Assembly: GCA_051546255.1 (NCBI GenBank)
Contig: CP128816.1
Coordinates: 1,426,001 to 1,490,000 of the forward strand
Length of the DNA: 64,000 nt
Reading direction: 5' to 3'
Origin: Meyerozyma guilliermondii
Taxonomy: Eukaryota
In this document: positions 1 to 8,964 of the stretch, piece after piece
Layout: each line of letters opens with the position of its first letter
Numbering within the stretch: position 1 is the first letter of the stretch
Made by a program: the position numbers and the translations under genes
The notes under the pieces: model-generated
Told to the model about the DNA's origin: nothing
Seen by the model: the letters and a program-made list of their open reading frames with translations, nothing else
Databases searched by the model: none

Positions 1-854
1 TGAAACAGGAATTATTGCAAAAAGACTTGTTTTTAAAATATGCCCGTTTGTCCTACAATTCCACTTCGGGCACAGACTGTGTTGTTCGAGGCTACGCAGT
101 CGACAATGGAATCGTTAACACACCATTTATCCATGCGGCATGGACTCATCCCAAGACCATGGAATTGGTTTCTCTCATGGCGGGAGTGGAATTGGAAATT
201 GTTTTCGACTACGAAATTGCCCATACCAACATTGCCATGACAGATGAAGAAACAGCTCTGAAGGAAAAGGAGTCTGCGCTTGCCAGAAGTGTTCCTCAAG
301 ACGTTGAAAATATTCCTGCTGTTGTTGGATGGCATCGTGATAGCTACCCATTTGTATGTGTGTTGATGATGAGCGATACCACCAATATGGTTGGTGGAGA
401 AACTGCCTTGAGAATGGGTGATGTTACAGGCAACAAATTTGCCGTGGTTCCTTCTCCACAGTCAGGACATGCTTGTGTGTTGCAAGGTGGACTCATTGAA
501 CATATTGCTCAAAAGCCTGCTGGAATGACTGAGAGAATTACCATGGTTACTTCTTACCGTCCCAAAGATCCTCTCAAGTACGACAGTTCTAACCTTAAAA
601 CTGTGAGACCAGAGATCAATTTTGGGTCGATATACAACACATTTTACCCTCAATGGGTAAAGTACCGGTGCCAAGTTGCAATCAAAAGACTCGAAAATGT
701 CGTGGAAAATATGACTGATGAAGCCGGTAACTTTGATAAGGATTCTGTTACCGATTTGTTGTCTAACGTTGAAGAATATGTCAAAGACTCTTACGAGGAA
801 ATGAAAGTGAGCCCTCTGGAATGGGAAAAGCTTCGCAAAAAGGTTGGTATGTGA
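1..854 (+). CDS. Fungal Fe(II)/2-oxoglutarate dioxygenase-like protein, 5'-truncated by window edge
   Basis: Frame is open from base 3 to TGA at 852-854. HxD motif (WHRDSYPFVCVLM), distal His (IEHIA) and RxxxxxS (RITMVTSYRP) fit a double-stranded beta-helix oxygenase. Confidence 0.7.
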   Translation, partial: KQELLQKDLFLKYARLSYNSTSGTDCVVRGYAVDNGIVNTPFIHAAWTHPKTMELVSLMAGVELEIVFDYEIAHTNIAMTDEETALKEKESALARSVPQDVENIPAVVGWHRDSYPFVCVLMMSDTTNMVGGETALRMGDVTGNKFAVVPSPQSGHACVLQGGLIEHIAQKPAGMTERITMVTSYRPKDPLKYDSSNLKTVRPEINFGSIYNTFYPQWVKYRCQVAIKRLENVVENMTDEAGNFDKDSVTDLLSNVEEYVKDSYEEMKVSPLEWEKLRKKVGM

Positions 855-1289
855 CTGAAGGTGAGAGAAGAAGAGAGTGAAAGAAGTTATGAATTGGAAT
901 AAATGTTTACTGGAATAGAGAGGATATTGAACTGTAAGACTGGTATATGAAGCAGACTGATGATTTGAGTCAGAAAAAATTGATTGAATATCTTTTGTGA
1001 AATATTTCAGTAATCTGTAAGTGAGACAATATTTTTTCACCTTCGAATTCAAAGAGCTGAGCATTTAGTAGATCTAAACGGCAACATAATAATATATTTT
1101 TATTGAATTCCAATTTGCAAGAAACCAGAACCTAATTGTGACTCAATTCTTAAACTAATTATTGGTGAGAATCTTCTAAAAAAAACTAGCAGCTAATCTA
1201 AAAGACATTTGCATCGTATTCGCTTCTAGCCTTTTCTCTCTTCTCATACATGTCTAATCTCAACATATTCTGGCTTTCACCGAACTGAA

Positions 1290-2627
1290 TTACTGGCAAC
1301 ACAACTTGTTCCAAAAGGTTTTTTCCTCATGATCATTGACCTGCTGTTGCTCGTATTGGTTGGCATGGTGACCAGGAGAACTATCGTAATTGTTAGCCAA
1401 TCCGTTGTTCTTGGCCATCATATCTGGAACGGGACCCAGCTCCTGCTTGATAGGAGGAAGAGGACGGTTGACCAAATGCTGCAACTTTTGTTGGTGAAGC
1501 TGAGCTGCTGACAATTGCTGCTGTTGAGCTGGTGATTGCTGGCCCAGGCTGGTTTGGTGATGTGCGCGCAGCCGCCGCTGGTCTCTGTGTCTTCTATCTC
1601 TATCGTTGGGGGGATTAGGATGGCCATACCCGTGCAAATTGGGCTTTTTGTTGATGGTGGCATCCCATCCTTTCCCGCCGTTAAGATGCAACCAATCAAA
1701 GTCCCCGTCACAAGATTGTCCCAAGTCGTCTAATATCGACAAAAAGAGCATTCTGTACTCTTCGTACGCCGGCTCGGCATCGAAAGGAAGCGACCGCACC
1801 AGGTCCAAGTACTCGGCAAACTGGCGAGGCAATCCGTCGCACAAGGTGACGGCAGGAGTGGTACGTTTTTTGTCACCAATTTTCTCGTACTTTTGCTTAT
1901 TAGTGGGTGCCTTCAATCCTTGCCATGGCAATTGTCCTCTCAAAAAATAGAAAAATACATGGCCCAATGCTTCAAGGTCATCACGTCTCAGCTGTTCTCT
2001 GCCCAAATGAGTGTTGATGGACATGTAACGAGCAGTGCCGCTCAACGACTTCTTCTCGCGGTACGGAATGTGCTGCTTTGTACGAGGGTCCCGGTACTGT
2101 TTAGCCATTCCAAAATCAATGAGATGAACTGCATTTTCATCGGGCATTTGTGGACGGCCTATCAAAAAATTATCCGGCTTGATATCACGGTAAATCAAGT
2201 CATGGCGATGTACTTCCTCGACCAAATTCAACATTTGCACGGCAATTTGCACCACCGTCTTCACGCTGAACCGACGACCACACCAATCGAAAAGATCCTC
2301 CAACGACGGTCCGAGCAAATCGATAACCAAAATGTTGTGCAAGCCTTCCTGGCCAAAGTAGTAGGCATTAGGAACGCCCTCGCACCCTTGCAAATGCTTG
2401 TAGGTGCGGTACTCGTCACGCAATTGAGGAGCCTCCGTCTTGCGGGGCTCAAACTTGATGGCGACCGGCACGCCGTTGATGATATTTGTTCCTTCGAAAA
2501 TCACCCCAAACGACCCTTCGCCAATCTTCTTCCCGATCTTGTAGTGGAGCCCCACCACCGAGTTGTTGGAAGATGGTTGTGAGGCTGTGGCAGCAGCGAT
2601 GGCAGCAGGATTAGTTTGTCTGCTCAT
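1290..2627 (-). CDS. YCK2: Casein kinase I, plasma-membrane palmitoylated type (Yck1/Yck2)
   Basis: IGEGSFG, YRDIKPDNFL, SGTARYMSINTH, LPWQGLKA motifs; Gln-rich tail and C-terminal CC (KLCCQ). First ATG at 2627. Adjacent to CUZ1 as in S. cerevisiae YNL154C/YNL155W. Confidence 0.92.
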   Translation of the reverse strand: MSRQTNPAAIAAATASQPSSNNSVVGLHYKIGKKIGEGSFGVIFEGTNIINGVPVAIKFEPRKTEAPQLRDEYRTYKHLQGCEGVPNAYYFGQEGLHNILVIDLLGPSLEDLFDWCGRRFSVKTVVQIAVQMLNLVEEVHRHDLIYRDIKPDNFLIGRPQMPDENAVHLIDFGMAKQYRDPRTKQHIPYREKKSLSGTARYMSINTHLGREQLRRDDLEALGHVFFYFLRGQLPWQGLKAPTNKQKYEKIGDKKRTTPAVTLCDGLPRQFAEYLDLVRSLPFDAEPAYEEYRMLFLSILDDLGQSCDGDFDWLHLNGGKGWDATINKKPNLHGYGHPNPPNDRDRRHRDQRRLRAHHQTSLGQQSPAQQQQLSAAQLHQQKLQHLVNRPLPPIKQELGPVPDMMAKNNGLANNYDSSPGHHANQYEQQQVNDHEEKTFWNKLCCQ

Positions 2628-3001
2628 CAGGGGAAAATCAAACTGAGCCTTCAATAATTTTCAGGTTAAGATTTGTGTGTTGGCGATGCAAAAGAACGAG
2701 TCTTGTATGTGGATGGTGTTGCTTGTGTGTGGTATGCTACCGCCCCGCTACACCTCAACCAGATCCAACAAAGTGATTGAGATAATCAAGTGCCGTTTAC
2801 AAAATTCCTTTTGCTCGACAATGTTACACAAATACACCAGGGTGGGCGGGGGTGCGGATCCGAGCAGGGAGGGAGACGACGACAGAAAAGAAGGAAGAAT
2901 TCAAATAATTCTTGATTCCTGAAGCAGAGCTAACTGTATGCTCTCTTGTTTTCTTTTCTCAAGTTTTGTTTTCTCAATTCTTTTCTTTCTTCTTTTTTTC
3001 T

Positions 3002-3763
3002 TCATCCGCCTCTCACCAAATACACCGTGTCGCCGTCTTGGAACCTACTGCATCTTTCGCTAGCCGCCACGAGTTGCGGCTGGTCCTGGGCCATGGTGAA
3101 CATCGCTAGCCGCTGTAGCCCGTCGCTGGTGCTGTTGTTGACATTTTTGACCCGTAAACTCTCCGCCAAAGCATCAATGGCTCTTCCCACCGGCCACTGT
3201 TTCGAGAACCAAATCGCTTGTCGTTGCTTTTCCACGTCAATTTTCTTGGTTGTTTCGATATCGCCGTGGGCATCAACATACAAACACCACACGTGCACAC
3301 GGTCCACTGGCTTTACTTTGGGATCTCCATGAGCAGCTTTACGTAGTTGTAGAATTTCCACCGTTCGAGACCGTTTTGCAGCCGATTTCTTTTTCTCTTT
3401 CTGGGCTCCAAATAGAACCTTGAGCTTGCTGAAAGCATTGTTGGTGGTCGCCGCCACGTCCCCTACGCGAAACTGTGTCTCTTTTATAGTGGTGGGCTTC
3501 TTTGGTGCGCTCAACGATTTTTCAAGTTTTTCACGATCTTGGCTCCGGTCCGGAAAAAGGGCCGAAACCAGCCCTTTGGTTCGCTCCAGCGATGAAGAAA
3601 CTGGCGGACTTGGCAGCTTGTCCAAGAGAACCGGACAATGGTGTTGCAATTGGGTTCTATGAGACGCACAGAATACCTTTTTGCAGCCGTCACACGCAAA
3701 AGGAAGAAAGTCCAACTGGCGACAGTAGGCACAGTGCTCGCCTATATCCATGATTCCTGACAT
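3002..3763 (-). CDS. CUZ1: AN1-type zinc finger / ubiquitin-like Cdc48 cofactor
   Basis: MDIGEHCAYCRQLDFLPFACDGCKKVFCASHR AN1 finger; C-terminal Ubl-like region ending LVRGG. ATG at 3763. Confidence 0.88.
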   Translation of the reverse strand: MSGIMDIGEHCAYCRQLDFLPFACDGCKKVFCASHRTQLQHHCPVLLDKLPSPPVSSSLERTKGLVSALFPDRSQDREKLEKSLSAPKKPTTIKETQFRVGDVAATTNNAFSKLKVLFGAQKEKKKSAAKRSRTVEILQLRKAAHGDPKVKPVDRVHVWCLYVDAHGDIETTKKIDVEKQRQAIWFSKQWPVGRAIDALAESLRVKNVNNSTSDGLQRLAMFTMAQDQPQLVAASERCSRFQDGDTVYLVRGG

Positions 3764-3918
3764 TCTTGGAAAATAAATGGAAAAATGATGAAAATGGTGG
3801 ATGGTGATAATTTGCAATCGAGCTTAATTGTTATAATTTGTTGGAAAATTGAACTTCAAGTACACGTCTCTTCAGTATTTGTCGTCTGTGGTTTCGTTTT
3901 CTCGGCGTAAACTCGTAA

Positions 3919-4117
3919 TTAGTAAAACAACGTCGTAAACACAAAATTGATAATTTTTGATTCTTTGTCAAATGGCAATTATCGCTCTTATTTCAGTAGA
4001 AAGAAGCGCTAAAATCTCCTTAATTTGTACTTGTGTTGTGCTGGACTCCAGGTATACTCTAGTGCTTTCAAATTTCCATAAAATCGCCGGCTTTATATAC
4101 TTTGGTGGCGGTGGCGA
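3919..4117. promoter_or_regulatory. Candidate Yap1/Cap1 site (TTAGTAA, 3919-3925) and Rpn4 PACE-like GGTGGCGGTGGCGA (4104-4117) in the CUZ1/RPP1 divergent promoter
   Basis: Motif matches only. CUZ1 is an Rpn4-regulated proteotoxic-stress gene in S. cerevisiae. Confidence 0.4.
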
Positions 4118-4404
4118 TGATGCGGGTGTCTGGCTGACTTTTTGGTTTTTGAGAAATTCTCAAAAGTTCAACTTACTTCTTCAGAGAGCGAAAAATAAAC
4201 TCGTGCAACTGCGTCACCACGGCCTTTACAGAGCCAAAAACGTGTCTATATCATCTTCTTCAGACGACCAACACTATAGACTTGTTGTTGACTAATTATA
4301 ATTAATACTGGCAGAAGTATTTACAATACCGCGTCTAGCCATAAAACACATCATCCATACATTTCCCTCCCAGCGCTTTTAGACCATTTATTTTAGGCGG
4401 TTTT

Positions 4405-5346
4405 ATGTCCAAATACGACCTTAATGTTCCCTGGCCCGTTCTAGGCTACGGCAAGGCTTCTCCCGCCCAAATTGCATCGTTGAAAGCAACCATAAGCACC
4501 GCATTTGCCCTCGATTATACTCATATTGCCATAAATTTCACTGTTCCCGAAGGCACACGGCTCCCAGTCCATGATGCGGCCTCGATAAACCCCATTCCAA
4601 TGGCGGAGTTGTCAAAACACTTTGAAAAATCGTTTCCTAAGGCTCGTCTATTTTCTCGGTTGACGCTTATGGTGGCCGATCCCGCCCAAATTCAGGGCTT
4701 AGCGAAAATTCAGAACCATTTCGATATACTAGCAGTGCAGCCGACCACGGAAAAGGCATTGCAACTCGCCGTTTCCAATCTTGACATCGATATAGTGTCG
4801 CTCAATCTTTCACAAAGACTTCCATTTTACCTAAAACACAAGACAGTTTGCAGCGGAGTTGACCGTGGCGTGCACTTTGAAATCAGCTATGCGACTCTCA
4901 TTGGTGGTCCCGCCGGCTATACCAACAATGGCTCAGAAATGGTGCTTTCAACCACCGCCCTGGCGGCTCGAAAAAACTTCTTTTCCAACGCTCTTCAGTT
5001 GATACGAGCGTCTCGGTCGCGTGGTCTTGTGGTTTCAAGTGGTGCCACTCACCCACTTCAGTTGCGGAACAGTTCCGATATTCTTACGGTACTTAAGACT
5101 ATTGGATTGGAATCGGGAAGAACAAAGCATTGCGTCACTACGAGTCCAGAACGGGCCTTGGTTTCTGGACGACTTCGTATAAAATCTTACAAGCAGACGG
5201 TGATTGCTGGAAATGAAGAAGAAAGAGATGTTTTGTGGAATAATGAATCGGAAGACCCACAAAAAAAGTTGGATTCGACCGGCTACAAAAAACGAGCAGC
5301 GGAAGCAGCGGGGGGACTCTTGAAGAAGCACAGGAAGAAGGCATAG
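4405..5346 (+). CDS. RPP1: RNase P / RNase MRP subunit p30
   Basis: YDLNVPWP N-terminus, FDILAVQPTTEKALQ, RGVHFEISY, SSGATHPLQLR: typical Rpp1/Rpp30 PHP-like barrel. Confidence 0.92.
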   Translation: MSKYDLNVPWPVLGYGKASPAQIASLKATISTAFALDYTHIAINFTVPEGTRLPVHDAASINPIPMAELSKHFEKSFPKARLFSRLTLMVADPAQIQGLAKIQNHFDILAVQPTTEKALQLAVSNLDIDIVSLNLSQRLPFYLKHKTVCSGVDRGVHFEISYATLIGGPAGYTNNGSEMVLSTTALAARKNFFSNALQLIRASRSRGLVVSSGATHPLQLRNSSDILTVLKTIGLESGRTKHCVTTSPERALVSGRLRIKSYKQTVIAGNEEERDVLWNNESEDPQKKLDSTGYKKRAAEAAGGLLKKHRKKA

Positions 5347-5457
5347 CATATAGAGATAATGGAACAAAGAAGAGAAAGTAGCAAAAAAGAAAAACCAAGT
5401 AAACTGACTATATATGATTTTGTTTAGTCTTTGGTTTGATTTGGGTGCAAAAAAATT

Positions 5458-5543
5458 AGCCCGACGCGGGGGTCGAACCCGCAGCCTTTTGATCGCTTCT
5501 CTTGTATAAGAGTCAAACGCTCTACCGATTGAGCTAGCCAGGC
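5458..5543 (-). tRNA. tRNA-Lys(CUU) with 13-nt intron (5494-5506)
   Basis: Minus strand reads GCCTGGCTAGCTCAATCGGTAGAGCGTTTGACTCTTA[TACAAGAGAAGCG]ATCAAAAGGCTGCGGGTTCGACCCCCGCGTCGGGCT. All four stems pair, the intron sits at canonical 37/38, and a T-run terminator follows. Confidence 0.95.
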
Positions 5544-5619
5544 CAATCGTGGTGGAGAGTGGAATGTAATGGTATATAGTCTAACATTGCCAAATTTGCA
5601 ACCGAAGTTCATATATACA

Positions 5620-6486
5620 TTATTTATTAAATATGGTCGAGCGAATGGCCTGCACTTCACTAGGCTCAGGGTTGGATTTTGAGGTGTGTTTTTCCGTTTT
5701 CGGTGGTGGTCGCGATGGCCTTTTTGGGCGAGACAAGAATATACTTGGAGGGCGGCGTTTTCGAGGTGATGCAGTTGGTTCTAAATTTTGTGGTTTGGGT
5801 ATGTCATTTTGTGTGGATGTTGTAGGTGGGGCATTAGAGGAGGTTTCTGTAATCTTGATAGGTTTCGGTGCATGAAGAGGTGCAGATGCACCCACATGTG
5901 CTGCAGCGGGCCGCATGACAGGTTGCTTTTTTGGCTGCACTAAATACTTCGAAAACGAGTCCTTGGGAGCGTTCTTTTGAAAAAGTCTCAGTCGCTCCTG
6001 GGTTTCACGACGAGCTCGCTGGATAATGGAAAGTGAAGAAAGCGGAGGAGACGATTTCAGGACCGGTCTTCGGCGAATAGTCGGATCTCGAAGTAGATGT
6101 TTTACCGGTGTTATGGCGTTTTTTGACTTTTCCTGGCGAAGACGTTGTGTCATTGACCGTAATCTCTGAGCCGAATCTCGTTGCAATGCTTCTCTTTCTG
6201 ACAAGTATTTGAAATAAAGCGCTTTATGCGGCATGGGCGTATCCACAAGCAGTCTCGATGCAAGTGGCCGATTTGGGAAATCTCTACTTATGAGATTCGG
6301 CCATAGTTGGTCGGAATAAGGTATGATTTGGCTGCTTTTTGACTCGATTTGATCCAATTGGCGTGCACTCATTCGGCACAAAATTGGCTTTAATATGTGG
6401 TAAGGAGTATCGCCGACATCATGGAGAAGTGCCACGTTCAGAACGCACTTTTGTGCAGCTAGATCTCGAAGACGCTGAATCGGCAT
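5620..6486 (-). CDS. ELA1: Elongin A (BC-box/F-box-like subunit of Ela1-Elc1-Cul3 ligase)
   Basis: N-terminal BC-box (LRDLAAQKC), DVGDTPYHILKPIL, LWPNLISRDFP; sits next to PDR16-CSL4-BNI4 as YNL230C does. Confidence 0.85.
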   Translation of the reverse strand: MPIQRLRDLAAQKCVLNVALLHDVGDTPYHILKPILCRMSARQLDQIESKSSQIIPYSDQLWPNLISRDFPNRPLASRLLVDTPMPHKALYFKYLSEREALQRDSAQRLRSMTQRLRQEKSKNAITPVKHLLRDPTIRRRPVLKSSPPLSSLSIIQRARRETQERLRLFQKNAPKDSFSKYLVQPKKQPVMRPAAAHVGASAPLHAPKPIKITETSSNAPPTTSTQNDIPKPQNLEPTASPRKRRPPSIFLSRPKRPSRPPPKTEKHTSKSNPEPSEVQAIRSTIFNK

Positions 6487-6622
6487 AGGACGGAAGTGAC
6501 AGCGTAAATCGACGGACGGAAATCAGGAACGGAAGTGCAGAGGCAAGTGGTGCAGAGCGGTGCAGAGCGCAAAGTGCATCGTGATGATGAGTCAACACTT
6601 ACGTAATCTATCGCTCACATAA

Positions 6623-7741
<1,119 letters not shown>

Positions 7742-7817
7742 GCTCTATCTGAGCAGGCTCATTATCCTTTGGGCTATTTGCTCTATATCCTTTGGGCTGC
7801 ATTTGGCTCTCTATGTA

Positions 7818-8621
7818 TTAATTAGACTTAAACGGCTTTGCGCACTTTCGCTTTTCGATCCGGCCGGTGGTCGAGTCCACCATTGTCTCCCAATCCAAGG
7901 GATACAAAATGCCTCCTGCTCCGCCTTCACCACGAGCGAATACCACTCCCAAATCGTTGCGAGCAGTAGTCAAGTAGTAATTGGAACCGTCTCCCAACGA
8001 GGAAATCATCCCGCGAACAATATCGCCAGGCCGGAAACAGTCCACTATTTGCACCCTGTCTCTGTCCGTCAACCGCACATCCTGCGTACGTATTATGCCC
8101 TTGAATGTCTCGCCCAAATCGGCCGCTACAGCTTTGCCGAGAGTGGATTGAAACGATGCAACTGCTGCCTGGCTTGTCAATGCCGAAGCTCCGCCGCTCA
8201 CAGCAACAGACTGGTGTGCTGTAGTGCCCACAGCGCCAATCCCGGAGTCCAGGAGAACATTTTTGTTGTCTTCTACCGACAAGATCTCACAAAATGCCTG
8301 CTTTTGATTCAACCTTGTTATACGAACGAGGACCACATCGCCCTGTTTGGGAAGCACCAGCGGCAATTCTTTGCGCGGGGCAACGGAGATGACATATGCG
8401 GGTGACTTCTGCTCATCAGTGTCGTCTTTTGGCTCATTTTCGTCGCGAACCACTTTTACACTTCCAACCAAAGTGGCAGAGATCACCAGAATTGCCTGGT
8501 CTTCCACCTCAACTTTGGTGATTGTTGTGCCTGGACCCAGTATATAATGGCCCTGTGGGTCGCGGAGTGGTGCAAGATACTGCCCAGGGACCACCGATGC
8601 TCCGTCTGAAACTATGGCCAT
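7818..8621 (-). CDS. CSL4: Exosome cap subunit Csl4
   Basis: VVPGQYL N-terminus, LPKQGDVVLVRITR S1 domain, FRPGDIVRG..SLGDG..YYLTTARNDLGVV, C-terminal EKRKCAKP. Confidence 0.95.
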   Translation of the reverse strand: MAIVSDGASVVPGQYLAPLRDPQGHYILGPGTTITKVEVEDQAILVISATLVGSVKVVRDENEPKDDTDEQKSPAYVISVAPRKELPLVLPKQGDVVLVRITRLNQKQAFCEILSVEDNKNVLLDSGIGAVGTTAHQSVAVSGGASALTSQAAVASFQSTLGKAVAADLGETFKGIIRTQDVRLTDRDRVQIVDCFRPGDIVRGMISSLGDGSNYYLTTARNDLGVVFARGEGGAGGILYPLDWETMVDSTTGRIEKRKCAKPFKSN

Positions 8622-8719
8622 GCGATGAGATTATTTCAAAACGAAAAGTTCGAATTTGAAAAGTTCGCGAAGTCGCGAATTTGAAAAATCGACCAGAAAT
8701 AAGCTTGTTAGCTGCCTCG

Positions 8720-8947
8720 ATGTCGTATCCTCCTTTCGTCAACGGCAATCCCCCGGTTCTCCGTCTTTCCGAGTACGACGGTGCAGAGTGGGCTTCAACA
8801 ACCTGTCTTGACCACAGAAATAACAAGTACGTAGTGGTCATCATGGAGCAGCCAGAAACCATAGTGGCCGAAATCGATCCACATGACCATGCCACATTGG
8901 ATGCCATCTTCCGCAGTGCCCACGCCCAGCACGCACAACAGAAGTAG
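8720..8947 (+). CDS. Small hypothetical protein (75 aa)
   Basis: ATG 8720 to TAG 8945-8947. Fills almost the whole CSL4-BNI4 gap, head-to-head with CSL4, with globular-like composition. Family not recognised. Confidence 0.65.
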   Translation: MSYPPFVNGNPPVLRLSEYDGAEWASTTCLDHRNNKYVVVIMEQPETIVAEIDPHDHATLDAIFRSAHAQHAQQK

Positions 8948-8964
8948 TCGGAATATATATTGCC

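Noticed and set aside
462..1064. 200-aa antisense ORF over the dioxygenase-like gene
   Set aside because: Shadow of the real gene running into AT-rich 3' flank; no recognisable motifs.
1893..2582. 229-aa + strand ORF antisense to YCK2 (likewise 6968-7642, 7803-8405, 26902-27714, 38208-38810, 56596-57312)
   Set aside because: Antisense shadows of conserved genes with no independent coding signal.
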